This document shows positions 9,197 to 17,525 of a stretch of 64,000 nt of DNA, in pieces (positions within the stretch are counted from its first letter, which is position 1; each line of letters starts with the position of its first letter). Below the pieces are notes generated by a model, which was given only the letters and a program-made list of their open reading frames with translations, made no database searches and was not told the origin of the DNA. A program made the translations under genes and the position numbers. This DNA is from Betaproteobacteria bacterium (GTDB taxonomy: Bacteria; Pseudomonadota; Gammaproteobacteria; Burkholderiales; SG8-39): contig JBBINV010000009.1 in NCBI GenBank assembly GCA_037443705.1, forward strand, positions 8,561 through 72,560, in the 5' to 3' direction.

Positions 9197-10351
9197 CTAC
9201 TTCTGCGCGCCGGGCACCTTCGGCCCGGGGGCGGTCCTTGCCGCCGCGACGCGCTCGGTGAAATCGAGGTTGATCAGGTCGCCGAGCTGGTCCGAGAAGG
9301 ATTCCCGCACCTTGCGCATCGCGGGCAGCGCGCGCTGGAACGCCTCGACCAGCGCCGGCTCGTACTTGGTGCCGCTTCCGGCGGCGATCTCGCGCGCCGC
9401 CTGCTCGACCGGGAGCGCGGCGCGGTAGAACTGCGTCGTGGTCATCGACTCGAACGCGTCGGCGATCGCCATGACGCGCCCCGGCCACGGGATCGCCTCA
9501 CCCTTCAGGCCCTGCGGGTAGCCCCTGCCGTCCCAGCGCTCGTGGTGCGTGAGCGCGAGCAGGCGCGCGAGCTTGAGGAGCGGGTCCTCGTACTTTCCGA
9601 TGATCTCGGCGCCGACCTCGGGGTGGCGCCGCACCCGCTCCCAGTCGGGCGCCGAGAGCTTCTCGGGCTTGCGCAGGATTTCGGCGGGAACCGAGAGCTT
9701 TCCGACGTCGTGCAGCGGCGCGGCGTGCTCCATCAGCTCGGCGAGGCCGGGCTTCGCGCCCGCGGCCACCGACAGCAGCTTCGCGTACTGTGCGAGGCGC
9801 AGCGCGCGATTCCCCGCGGCGGCGCTCTCGTGGTACTCCATCGCGCGCGCGAGGCGGTAGATGATCTGCAGCCGGGTGTGCTCGAGCTGCGCCGTGCGCT
9901 CGCGCACCAGGCGCTCCAGCTCGTGCTGCCGGTTCACGAGCGCGACGTGGTTGCGCACGCGCGCGAGCAGCAGCCGCGCGTTGATCGGCTTGGCGAGGTA
10001 GTCGACCGCGCCCATCTCGAAGCCCTCGAGCTGGTCGTGCGCATCGGTCTTGCCCGAAAGAAACACCACCGGGATCGGCGCGGTCGCGGGATCGTCCTTG
10101 AGCACGCGGCACACCCCGAACCCGCTCGCCCCCGGCATCTCCACGTCGAGCAGGATCAGGTCCGGCTTCGGGTCGTCGCCCGCCAGATGCAGCGCCGTTC
10201 CGCCGTCGGGCGCGAGCTTGACTCGATACTCGCGCCCGAGGACCTTGGCGGCGAGCGCGAGCACGTCCGGCGAGTCGTCGACCACCAGGATGACCGGCGC
10301 CCCCGGAGGCGCGTGCGCACCGGCTCCCGGCTTTGCAGGAACTTCGCTCAT
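9197..10351 (-). CDS. response regulator with HD-GYP domain (RpfG-like)
   Basis: ILVVDD, LLDVEMP receiver; LHDVGK and HHERWDGRGYP. Confidence 0.92.
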   Translation of the reverse strand: MSEVPAKPGAGAHAPPGAPVILVVDDSPDVLALAAKVLGREYRVKLAPDGGTALHLAGDDPKPDLILLDVEMPGASGFGVCRVLKDDPATAPIPVVFLSGKTDAHDQLEGFEMGAVDYLAKPINARLLLARVRNHVALVNRQHELERLVRERTAQLEHTRLQIIYRLARAMEYHESAAAGNRALRLAQYAKLLSVAAGAKPGLAELMEHAAPLHDVGKLSVPAEILRKPEKLSAPDWERVRRHPEVGAEIIGKYEDPLLKLARLLALTHHERWDGRGYPQGLKGEAIPWPGRVMAIADAFESMTTTQFYRAALPVEQAAREIAAGSGTKYEPALVEAFQRALPAMRKVRESFSDQLGDLINLDFTERVAAARTAPGPKVPGAQK

Positions 10352-10371
10352 TGCGCGCAAAGTCTACCGCT

Positions 10372-11613
10372 TCATGCGGCGGCGGGTACCGGAGCTCCGG
10401 TGCGCTGCCGCGCCTCGGGCGGCCGGTCGTCCATGAGCCATTGAAGCGTGAACGCCGCCAGCCCGATCACGATCAGCGCGCCCCAGCCGAAATCGTAGTT
10501 GCCGAAGCGGTCGAACACGACCCCGCCCATCCAGGCGCCCGCGAACGAGCCGACCTGGTGCGACAGGAACACGACGCCGTAGAGCGTGTTGAAGTGCGTG
10601 AGCCCGAACACGCGCGCGATGATCCCGGTGACGAGCGGCGCCACACCGAGCCAGAGGAACCCCATCGCGGCCGCGAACACCAGGGTCGAGGCCGCGCTCA
10701 CCGGGACGAGAAGAAACGCTGCGATGAAGAGCGTGCGCAGGAGGTAGATCAGGGCGAGCAGGCGCTTCTGACTGTAGCGCGCGCCGAGCAGCCCGAAAAT
10801 GTAGGTGCCCACCGTGTTGAAGAGCCCGATCAGCGCGAGCGCGCTCGCGCCCACCCCGGGCGCGACCCCGCACAGCTGAAGATACTGCGGCAAGTGCGTC
10901 GTGAGGAACACGAGCTGGAAGCCGCAGGCGAAGAACGCGAGCGTCATGAAGAGGTAGCCGCGGTGCCCCGTCGCCTCGCGCAGGGCGGCGGAAAGGGGTT
11001 GTGATGATGGGACGGGAAATCCCGGGGTCGCCCCGGCAGCCCCCTCGCGCTGCTCCCTGATCGGAATGGCAAGCACCGCCATGGAAGCCGCGATGGCGGC
11101 GAAGGCGACGAGCGCGCCCTGCCAGCCGATGCCGCCGATCAGCGACTGGCCGAGCGGCGCGAGCACCATCGTTCCGAGAGACCCGGCGGCGGCCACCGCG
11201 CCGACCGCCTGGCTGCGCTTCTCGGCCGGGACCGCACGCGACACCGTGCCGATCAGCACGCCGAAGCCCGTGCCCGCGGTGCCGATGCCGGTGAGGAACC
11301 CGGCGACCTCGAGCGCCCCGGCGCCCTTTGCCGCCGTCATGAGCAGCAGCCCCGCGGCGTAGCAGAGCGCCGTGGCGACCAGCACCGGCCGCGGCCCGAA
11401 GCGGTCGGCGAGCGCGCCCACGAACGGCTGCGAGAGGCCCCACACGATGTTCTGCAGCGCGAGCGAGAAGCCGAAGGTCGCCGCCGAGATCCCGAGCTCG
11501 AGCGTCATCGGCGCCATGAAAAGGCCCAGGCTCTGCCGCAGCCCCATGCAGATCGAGATGAGGATCCCGCTGAGGATCAGAAGTGCCCACACGGAGCGGT
11601 GCACCTTGGTCAT
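10372..11613 (-). CDS. MFS transporter
   Basis: GLRQSLGLF, GALADRFG, FFACGFQLVFLTTHLP, FLSHQVGSF. Confidence 0.92.
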   Translation of the reverse strand: MTKVHRSVWALLILSGILISICMGLRQSLGLFMAPMTLELGISAATFGFSLALQNIVWGLSQPFVGALADRFGPRPVLVATALCYAAGLLLMTAAKGAGALEVAGFLTGIGTAGTGFGVLIGTVSRAVPAEKRSQAVGAVAAAGSLGTMVLAPLGQSLIGGIGWQGALVAFAAIAASMAVLAIPIREQREGAAGATPGFPVPSSQPLSAALREATGHRGYLFMTLAFFACGFQLVFLTTHLPQYLQLCGVAPGVGASALALIGLFNTVGTYIFGLLGARYSQKRLLALIYLLRTLFIAAFLLVPVSAASTLVFAAAMGFLWLGVAPLVTGIIARVFGLTHFNTLYGVVFLSHQVGSFAGAWMGGVVFDRFGNYDFGWGALIVIGLAAFTLQWLMDDRPPEARQRTGAPVPAAA

Positions 11614-11624
11614 GCTTTCTCCGG

Positions 11625-11661
11625 AAAGAAAACGCCCCGGTCCGCTCGCGCGGCCGGGGCG
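11625..11661 (-). terminator. intrinsic terminator immediately upstream of the MFS start
   Basis: minus strand CGCCCCGG-CCG..CGG-A-CCGGGGCG stem followed by TTTTCTTT. Confidence 0.7.
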
Positions 11662-11683
11662 CATGGTGCAAAGGCTTGCCGGC

Positions 11684-11767
11684 TTACGTGCCGGCGAAGC
11701 TCCTCGTCCCGCGAGTTGATCCGTTGGAAGAGCCCCGCCTGCCGGTACAGCCTCGATCGCCTCTCAC
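11684..11767 (-). CDS. 27-aa small ORF MRGDRGCTGRRGSSNGSTRGTRSFAGT (possible leader peptide)
   Basis: GTG preceded by GAAAGGAGGTGATCCA; extended -10 TGGTAGACT at 11800-11808; followed by a terminator. Confidence 0.5.
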   Translation of the reverse strand: MRGDRGCTGRRGSSNGSTRGTRSFAGT

Positions 11768-11771
11768 TGGA

Positions 11772-11987
11772 TCACCTCCTTTCGTGGTTGCCAGGCCTCA
11801 GTCTACCAGAGACGCTCGAGACCTCCGCCAGCAGCTCGCCCATGGTGCGGTCGGCCCACTGCTCGGGGTCATCGTCGATCCGCGCATTGCCGCGCGCGAC
11901 CAGCTCCGGCGCGACCTTGTGCCGCCCGCAGTAGTCCTGCCAGTACTGCTTGACCTCCTCCGAGCTCATCTTCATGCGGATCTCCAT
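11772..11987 (-). CDS. small hypothetical protein
   Basis: 71-aa ORF with host-like codon usage and helical composition (EEVKQYWQDYC...DDPEQWAD). Confidence 0.55.
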   Translation of the reverse strand: MEIRMKMSSEEVKQYWQDYCGRHKVAPELVARGNARIDDDPEQWADRTMGELLAEVSSVSGRLRPGNHERR

Positions 11988-11990
11988 GCT

Positions 11991-12473
11991 CTATCGCGCC
12001 CGCGCGCCCGAGGAGCGCGCGCTGCCGCGCGAGATGCGCCGAGCCGATGCAGCCCCCTGCTCGCCCACGGCAAGGACGAGGACGATTCCAGGGGTATTCG
12101 TCAATTTCCCGGCAAAGCTTCGGGCGGCCGTCAGTACTGCGGCCACCCCTGCTTTCATGCCGGAGGAGCCGCGTCCGTAGGGCCGGCCGCCGTCGGTCTC
12201 GCCCGCGAACGGGTCCTTCGTCCAGGGGCGCGAGCCCAGCGGCACCACGTCCAGGTGCCCGGTGAGGCAGAGCGGCGCGCGGTCCTCGCGTCCGCCCGGC
12301 CGGGCGATGACGCTGGTTCTGCTCTCTTCGAAATCGAAAAACCCGACGAAAAAACCCCATTCCTGCAGCATCGCCCCGGCATGGCGCGCGCAATCCCGTT
12401 CGCGGCCCGGGGGGTTCACGGTTTCGAAACGGAGCAGCGATTTCGTGAGGGCGACGGCGTCGGGGGTGTCCAT
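11991..12473 (-). pseudogene. truncated M20 (ArgE/DapE-like) peptidase
   Basis: TVNPPGRE, LTGHLDVVP, WTKDPF, YGRGSSGMKAG; similarity ends at the GEE motif (GEQ); about 160 aa instead of about 370. Confidence 0.8.
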
Positions 12474-12506
12474 GGGTGCGATGATACGGCCTCCAAAGGA
12501 GGTGGT

Positions 12507-12559
12507 AATTGGGGTCAGACTCGACTTTGTGGGACGTAAAGTCGAGTCTGACCCCAATT
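12507..12559. repeat. palindromic repeat family B (GGGGTCAGA.TCGA)
   Basis: perfect 22-bp inverted repeat AATTGGGGTCAGACTCGACTTT with 9-nt loop. Confidence 0.9.
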
Positions 12560-12577
12560 TCCCACAAGGAGGAGACC

Positions 12578-12871
12578 ATGGCCAAAGCCTACTGGGTGGT
12601 GTGCTATCACGCGATCAGGGACCCCGAAAAGCTCGCCGCGTACGCGAAGATCGCCGGGCCCGCGATCCAGGCTGCGGGAGGGAAGTTCCTCGTGCGCGGC
12701 AGTCCCGCGAAGACCTACGAAAAAGGGCTGATGCAGCGCACGGTGGTGACCGAGTACGAGAGCCTCGAAAAGGCGATCGCCGCGCATGACAGCCCCGGGT
12801 ACCAGGAGGCGCTGCGCGTGCTCGGCGACGCCGTCGACCGGGACCTCCGCATCGTGGAAGGCGTGTCCTAG
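12578..12871 (+). CDS. DUF1330 family protein
   Basis: MAKAYWV, AGGKFLVRG, YESLEKA, SPGYQEA, RDLRIVEG; AGGAG RBS. Confidence 0.9.
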   Translation: MAKAYWVVCYHAIRDPEKLAAYAKIAGPAIQAAGGKFLVRGSPAKTYEKGLMQRTVVTEYESLEKAIAAHDSPGYQEALRVLGDAVDRDLRIVEGVS

Positions 12872-12887
12872 GCCGCAGGCCGCGTCC

Positions 12888-13183
12888 GTGAGAATCGCCG
12901 CAATCGAAACCTGCGTCCTCACGGTTCCCACGCCGAAGCCGGTGGCGCCCGATTTTCCGCACCACAAGCTCGTGGTGGCGCAGATCGCAACCGGCGAGGC
13001 CGAGCCCCCGGCGTGCGCCTGATGGTCGACGTCAAGCAGAAGCTCGATGTCCCCGGCAATGTCCGCCAAGCCGCGTTCCTCGAGGAATTCGACCTCCTCG
13101 GGTACGAAGGGCCCGTGCTCGCCGGCGACATTGCCGCATGCGCCGAAGTCGCAAGGTCGATAGAGAAGTACCGCAGCGCCTGA
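12888..13183 (+). pseudogene. collapsed remnant of a mandelate racemase/enolase-family gene
   Basis: N-terminus VRIAAIETCVLTVPTPKP..KLVVAQIAT, internal LMVDVKQKLD, C-terminus IEKYRSA* in different frames within 300 bp. Confidence 0.6.
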
Positions 13184-13198
13184 CCCAGAAAGGACCCG

Positions 13199-13975
13199 AT
13201 GGACGAACTTCTTTACGAGGTACGCGACGGCATCGCGACGATCACCTTCAACCGCCCGCACGCGAGGAACGCGCTCACCTTCGCGATGTACGATCGCCTC
13301 GCGGACATCTGCGCGGCCGCGAACGAGAACCGGTCGCTGCGCGCGATCGTGCTCACCGGCGCGGGCGACAAGGCGTTCGCCGCGGGCACCGACATCTCGC
13401 AGTTCCGCACGTTCCAAAAGGACCGGGACGCGCTCGACTACGAAGCACGGATCGACCGGTCGCTCGGCGCGCTCGAGCGCTGCCGCGTGCCCACGATCGC
13501 CGCGATCCAGGGCGCGTGCACCGGCGGCGGCGCAGGGATCGCCGCGTGCTGCGACCTGCGAATCGCCGCGAAGGGAGCGCGCTTCGGCTTTCCGGTGGCG
13601 CGCACGCTCGGCAACTGCCTCTCGATGTCCAACTACGCGCGCCTCGCCGCGCTGCTCGGGCCCGCGCGGGTCAAGGACATCATCTTCCGCGCGCGGCTGG
13701 TGCAAGCCGAGGAAGCGCTCCGGATCGGCCTCGTGACCGAGCTGGTGGAGGACGGCGCCGCGCTCGCGAGCCGCGCCGCCGCCCTTGCGGCCGAAGTCGC
13801 GGGCCACGCGCCGCTCACGCTCCAGGCGACCAAGGAAGCGCTCTACCGCCTTCGCCCGAAGATCCCGCACGGCGAAGGCGACGACCTCGTCCTCATGTGC
13901 TACATGAGCGAGGACTTCCGCGAGGGGATGGACGCGTTCCTCGCCAAGCGCAACCCCGTCTGGAAGGGCCGCTAG
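13199..13975 (+). CDS. enoyl-CoA hydratase/isomerase family protein
   Basis: TFNRPHARNAL, AFAAGTDISQF, GACTGGG, SEDFREG. Confidence 0.93.
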   Translation: MDELLYEVRDGIATITFNRPHARNALTFAMYDRLADICAAANENRSLRAIVLTGAGDKAFAAGTDISQFRTFQKDRDALDYEARIDRSLGALERCRVPTIAAIQGACTGGGAGIAACCDLRIAAKGARFGFPVARTLGNCLSMSNYARLAALLGPARVKDIIFRARLVQAEEALRIGLVTELVEDGAALASRAAALAAEVAGHAPLTLQATKEALYRLRPKIPHGEGDDLVLMCYMSEDFREGMDAFLAKRNPVWKGR

Positions 13976-13986
13976 GAAAACAGAGC

Positions 13987-14013
13987 TGTCGCCCCCGCGA
14001 AAGCGGAGACCCA
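13987..14013. repeat. family A palindrome, single arm
   Basis: TGTCGCCCCCGCGAAAGCGGAGACCCA, near-identical to the arm at 5238; between convergent genes. Confidence 0.75.
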
Positions 14014-14015
14014 GC

Positions 14016-14516
14016 TCACGTTTTCGGTTTCCAAAGCCCCGTCATCCGCCCCTCGGGGTCGGTGAAGAGCGAGAACCAGCCCATGCCGGGAACTTCCTGC
14101 TCTTGCACGTGGATCTTCCCTCCGGCGGCTACGATCTTCTTGCGGTATGCGGCGAGGTCGTCGACGGCGACGTAGAAGAGCATGTTCCCGGGCCAAGGCC
14201 CCTCGCGTTGCGGCTTCAGGATCCCGCCCCCGATGCCCATTGCGCTGCCTGTATCGACGAGGCGGTAATCGAGTTCGACATTGTGCCGGAAACAGGACCC
14301 GGTCGGCGGCGAGGCCGGGCGCGATGCGGCCGCGATCCCGATGCCGCAGTTGCCGAGCACGACCGAGGTCACGCCGTGCCGGCTCGAGGGCGTCGCCACT
14401 CCGTCCCAGCAGATCTGCGCGCGCTGGTGCGTGTGCGGGTCGATGAATCCCGGCGCTACCGCCAGGCCGTCGGCGTCGATGACGGTGCCGTGGCGGATCA
14501 GAGGATCGGGCGCCAT
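14016..14516 (-). pseudogene. in-frame chimera of D-aminoacylase N-terminus and VOC/glyoxalase C-terminus
   Basis: IDADGLAVAPGFIDPHTH..HGVTSVVLGNCG joined to GIGGGI..FYVAVDDL..GGKI..FTDPEG. Confidence 0.7.
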
Positions 14517-14554
14517 GGCAAAATCATACCGTCACGCGCGAAACGGGAGACCGA

Positions 14555-15421
14555 GTGGACGAATGGTCGGAGCACGGCGATCGGCCTTTGCTGAGACCCG
14601 AGGAGCGCTCGTACCTCTGGCCCGCGGTGGCGCTCGTGGCCGCGCTGGTTCTCGCGGGGATCGGCGTCTGGTACCTGCGCCAGGGCGCGCCGGAGACGCC
14701 TGCGCAGGTCAAAGCCCCGCCTTCACCCCCGCCGCCCATGGCGGAAACCGCTCCGCCACCGAAGCCGGCGATCCGGTTCCCGCTCCCCGGGCTCGAGCCG
14801 GAGGCCGCGAAGTCGCTCCCCACGCTCGAGAACAGCGACTCGCAGCTCAGGCAATGGCTCGCCGAGCTGATCGGCGAGAAGGCGTTCGCCGATCTTTTCG
14901 TCGCCGAAGGGATCGTGCGGCGGATCGTGGCGACCGTTGACAACCTGCCGCGCGAAAAGGCGCCGCGGCGCACGTTTCCGCTCGACCCGGTCAAGGGCGC
15001 GTTCGCATCGAGCGGAAGCGGCGAAACGCTCATGGTCGGCCCGGCGAATTCGGCGCGCTACGCGGCGCACGTGCGCGTGATGGAAGCGCTCGATGCGCGC
15101 GCGCTCGTCCGGATCTATGTGCGCGCGTATCCGCTCTTCCAGCGCGCCTACGAGGAGCTCGGCTTCCCCGGCAGGCACTTCAACGATCGCCTGATGGAAG
15201 CGATCGACGACCTCCTCGCCGCGCCGGAGCCGAAGGACCCGCCCAAGCTCCTGCGGCCGAAGGTGCTCTACGAGTACGCCGATCCGGACCTCGAGACGCG
15301 CTCCGCCGGGCAGAAGATCCTGATCCGCATCGGCGCCGGGAACGCCGCGCGCGTGAAGAAGAAGCTCGCCGAGATCCGGCGCGAGCTTCTCGCGGCAAGC
15401 GGGGGCGGCGCCGCCCGGTAG
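14555..15421 (+). CDS. DUF3014 family membrane-anchored protein
   Basis: N-terminal TM, Pro-rich linker, RRIVATVDNL, YPLFQRAYEELG, YADPDLE..SAGQKILIR. Confidence 0.85.
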   Translation: MDEWSEHGDRPLLRPEERSYLWPAVALVAALVLAGIGVWYLRQGAPETPAQVKAPPSPPPPMAETAPPPKPAIRFPLPGLEPEAAKSLPTLENSDSQLRQWLAELIGEKAFADLFVAEGIVRRIVATVDNLPREKAPRRTFPLDPVKGAFASSGSGETLMVGPANSARYAAHVRVMEALDARALVRIYVRAYPLFQRAYEELGFPGRHFNDRLMEAIDDLLAAPEPKDPPKLLRPKVLYEYADPDLETRSAGQKILIRIGAGNAARVKKKLAEIRRELLAASGGGAAR

Positions 15422-15445
15422 GCTGACTTGTGGGAACATGGGTCT

Positions 15446-15679
15446 GTGAAGACCACCGTGGAACTCCCCGATATCCTCCTGGAGCGCATCAAGCTGCGCG
15501 CCGTGCACCACAGGCGCGAGCTCAAGGACGAGATCGCTACGCTGCTGGAAGCTGCGCTCGCACAGGCAAGCACGCACGACGCAGCAGCGCGCCAGCCGCC
15601 GAAACCGGTGCGCCTGCGCGGCCGTAAGCCCCTCACGCTGCGCGAAATCGAATCCGCAATCCGCGGGGGCTGTGCGTAA
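15446..15679 (+). CDS. orphan ribbon-helix-helix antitoxin-like protein
   Basis: MKTTVELPDILLERIKLRAVHHRRELKDEI; no toxin gene follows. Confidence 0.7.
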   Translation: MKTTVELPDILLERIKLRAVHHRRELKDEIATLLEAALAQASTHDAAARQPPKPVRLRGRKPLTLREIESAIRGGCA

Positions 15680-15691
15680 CCCCAGCCTCGA

Positions 15692-16726
15692 ATGGCGCTG
15701 AAGCGACCCCGAGGCCCCGCCGGCACGCTGGTCGTGCTCGAGCACGACTCCAGGATCCTGCGCGGCAACCCGCTCGGCGACCCGCACGTGCGCAGGCTCG
15801 GCGTGTGGCTGCCCCCGCAATACAGCCTGGTCCCGTACCGCCGCTTTCCGGTTCTCTACGATCTCGTGGGCTTCACCGGCTCGGGCCTCTCGCACACGGG
15901 CTGGAAGCCCTTCGGCGACAACGTGCCCGAGCGCGCCGCGCGCCTCATCCGCGAAGGAAAGATGGGGCCGGCGATCCTCGTCTTCCCCGACTGCTTCACC
16001 GCGCTCGGCGGCAACCAGTACGTCAACTCCTCCGCGATCGGCGACTACGCCGACTACCTCACGCGCGAGCTGATTCCGTTCGTGGACCGCGAGTTCCGCA
16101 CCCTCGCCTCGCGCGAGCACCGCGGCTGCTTCGGCAAGTCCTCGGGCGGCTACGGCGCGATGCTGCACGGCATGAAGTACGCGCGCTACTGGGGCGCGAT
16201 CGCCAACCACTCGGGCGACGCCTACTTCGAGTTCGTCTACGGGCACGACTGGCCGAACACGCTCAACGAGCTTGCGAAATACAAGAGCAAGGGAGACCGC
16301 ATCCGCGCGTTCCTCAAGGCGGTCTGGAAGAAGGAAAAACTCTCCGGCGCGGAGACGCACTGCCTCATGAACCTGTGCATGGCGGCGACCTACGATCCGG
16401 ATCCGCGTGCGCCGAACGGCTTCCGGGTGCCGTTCGATCTCGACACGGGCGAGCGGATCCCGGAACGCTGGCGCGCCTGGCGGCGCCACGATCCGATCAA
16501 CCTCGTCTCGCGATACCGGGCGAATCTGAGGAACCTGCGCGGCATCTACATCGACTGCGGCTCGCGCGACCAGTACCACATCCACTACGGCAGCCGGATC
16601 CTCTCCCGGCGACTCGCGCAGGCGCGCATCCGGCACACCTACGAGGAGTTCGACGACAACCACTCCGACATCGACTACCGGATGGACCGGAGCCTGCCGT
16701 TCCTGTACCGGGCCTTGAAGCCCTGA
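15692..16726 (+). CDS. alpha/beta hydrolase, enterochelin esterase-like
   Basis: GNPLGDP, GKSSGG nucleophile, IDCG..D, DDNH. Confidence 0.88.
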   Translation: MALKRPRGPAGTLVVLEHDSRILRGNPLGDPHVRRLGVWLPPQYSLVPYRRFPVLYDLVGFTGSGLSHTGWKPFGDNVPERAARLIREGKMGPAILVFPDCFTALGGNQYVNSSAIGDYADYLTRELIPFVDREFRTLASREHRGCFGKSSGGYGAMLHGMKYARYWGAIANHSGDAYFEFVYGHDWPNTLNELAKYKSKGDRIRAFLKAVWKKEKLSGAETHCLMNLCMAATYDPDPRAPNGFRVPFDLDTGERIPERWRAWRRHDPINLVSRYRANLRNLRGIYIDCGSRDQYHIHYGSRILSRRLAQARIRHTYEEFDDNHSDIDYRMDRSLPFLYRALKP

Positions 16727-16743
16727 TTCGCGGAGCCGCCCGC

Positions 16744-17520
16744 ATGCCGCTGACCCGCCGCACCTCCCTCACCCTCTTCCTCGCCGCGCTCCTCGCCCCC
16801 GCGTTCGCGCAGGCCCCCGCGCGGTCCGCCTTCGAGCCGAAGTCCGGCCAGGCGGGCAAGGACGTCGTCTGGGTGCCGACTCCGCAAAAACTCGTCGACA
16901 CGATGCTCGACATGGCGAAGGTGACCCGGCGAGACTACGTCATCGACCTCGGCTCCGGCGACGGCCGCATGGTGATCACCGCCGCGAAGCGCGGCGCGCG
17001 CGCGCTCGGCGTCGAGTACAACCCGGACATGGTGAAGCTCTCCCGGCAGAACGCCGAAAAGGAAGGCGTCGCCGCGAAGGCCCGGTTCGCAAAGGCGGAC
17101 CTCTTCGAGACCGACCTCTCCGAGGCGAGCGTCGTCACCCTGTTCCTGCTGCCGGACATCAACCTGAAGCTGCGCCCGAAGCTGCTCGCCCTCAGGCCCG
17201 GCACGCGCGTCGTCTCCAACACCTTCACCATGGGCGACTGGAAAGCCGACCGGGAGACCACGCTCGAGAGCGAAGACTGCGCCGGCTCGTGGTGCACGGC
17301 GCTGCTGTGGATCGTGCCCGCCAGGGTCGCGGGCACCCACAGCGTGCCGCAGGGCGAGCTGACGCTGGAGCAGCAGTACCAGATGCTCACCGGTACTCTG
17401 CGCACCGATGGCAAGACCGTGCCGGTACGAGGCAAGGTGCGCGGCGAAGAGGTCGTCCTCGTCGCTGGCGGTCACCGGTATCGCGGCCGCGTGAACGGCG
17501 GGACGCTGGAACTTCGCTAG
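16744..17520 (+). CDS. exported class I SAM-dependent methyltransferase
   Basis: signal peptide; GKDVVWVPTP, IDLGSGDGR, LRPGTRVVSNTF. Confidence 0.88.
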   Translation: MPLTRRTSLTLFLAALLAPAFAQAPARSAFEPKSGQAGKDVVWVPTPQKLVDTMLDMAKVTRRDYVIDLGSGDGRMVITAAKRGARALGVEYNPDMVKLSRQNAEKEGVAAKARFAKADLFETDLSEASVVTLFLLPDINLKLRPKLLALRPGTRVVSNTFTMGDWKADRETTLESEDCAGSWCTALLWIVPARVAGTHSVPQGELTLEQQYQMLTGTLRTDGKTVPVRGKVRGEEVVLVAGGHRYRGRVNGGTLELR

Positions 17521-17525
17521 CAATC

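Noticed and set aside
5440-9261. Very long antisense ORFs (also 43334-47890, 55457-58792, 37511-40504, 27415-29256)
   Set aside because: Shadow frames of real genes caused by high GC and codon bias; no recognisable motifs
11768-11783. 16S rRNA gene fragment
   Set aside because: Only the terminal 16-17 nt match; flanks do not resemble rRNA, so not called rRNA
12509-12577. N-terminal extensions MGSDSTL... of ORFs on both strands
   Set aside because: Translations of the palindromic repeat; real starts are at 12578 and 12473
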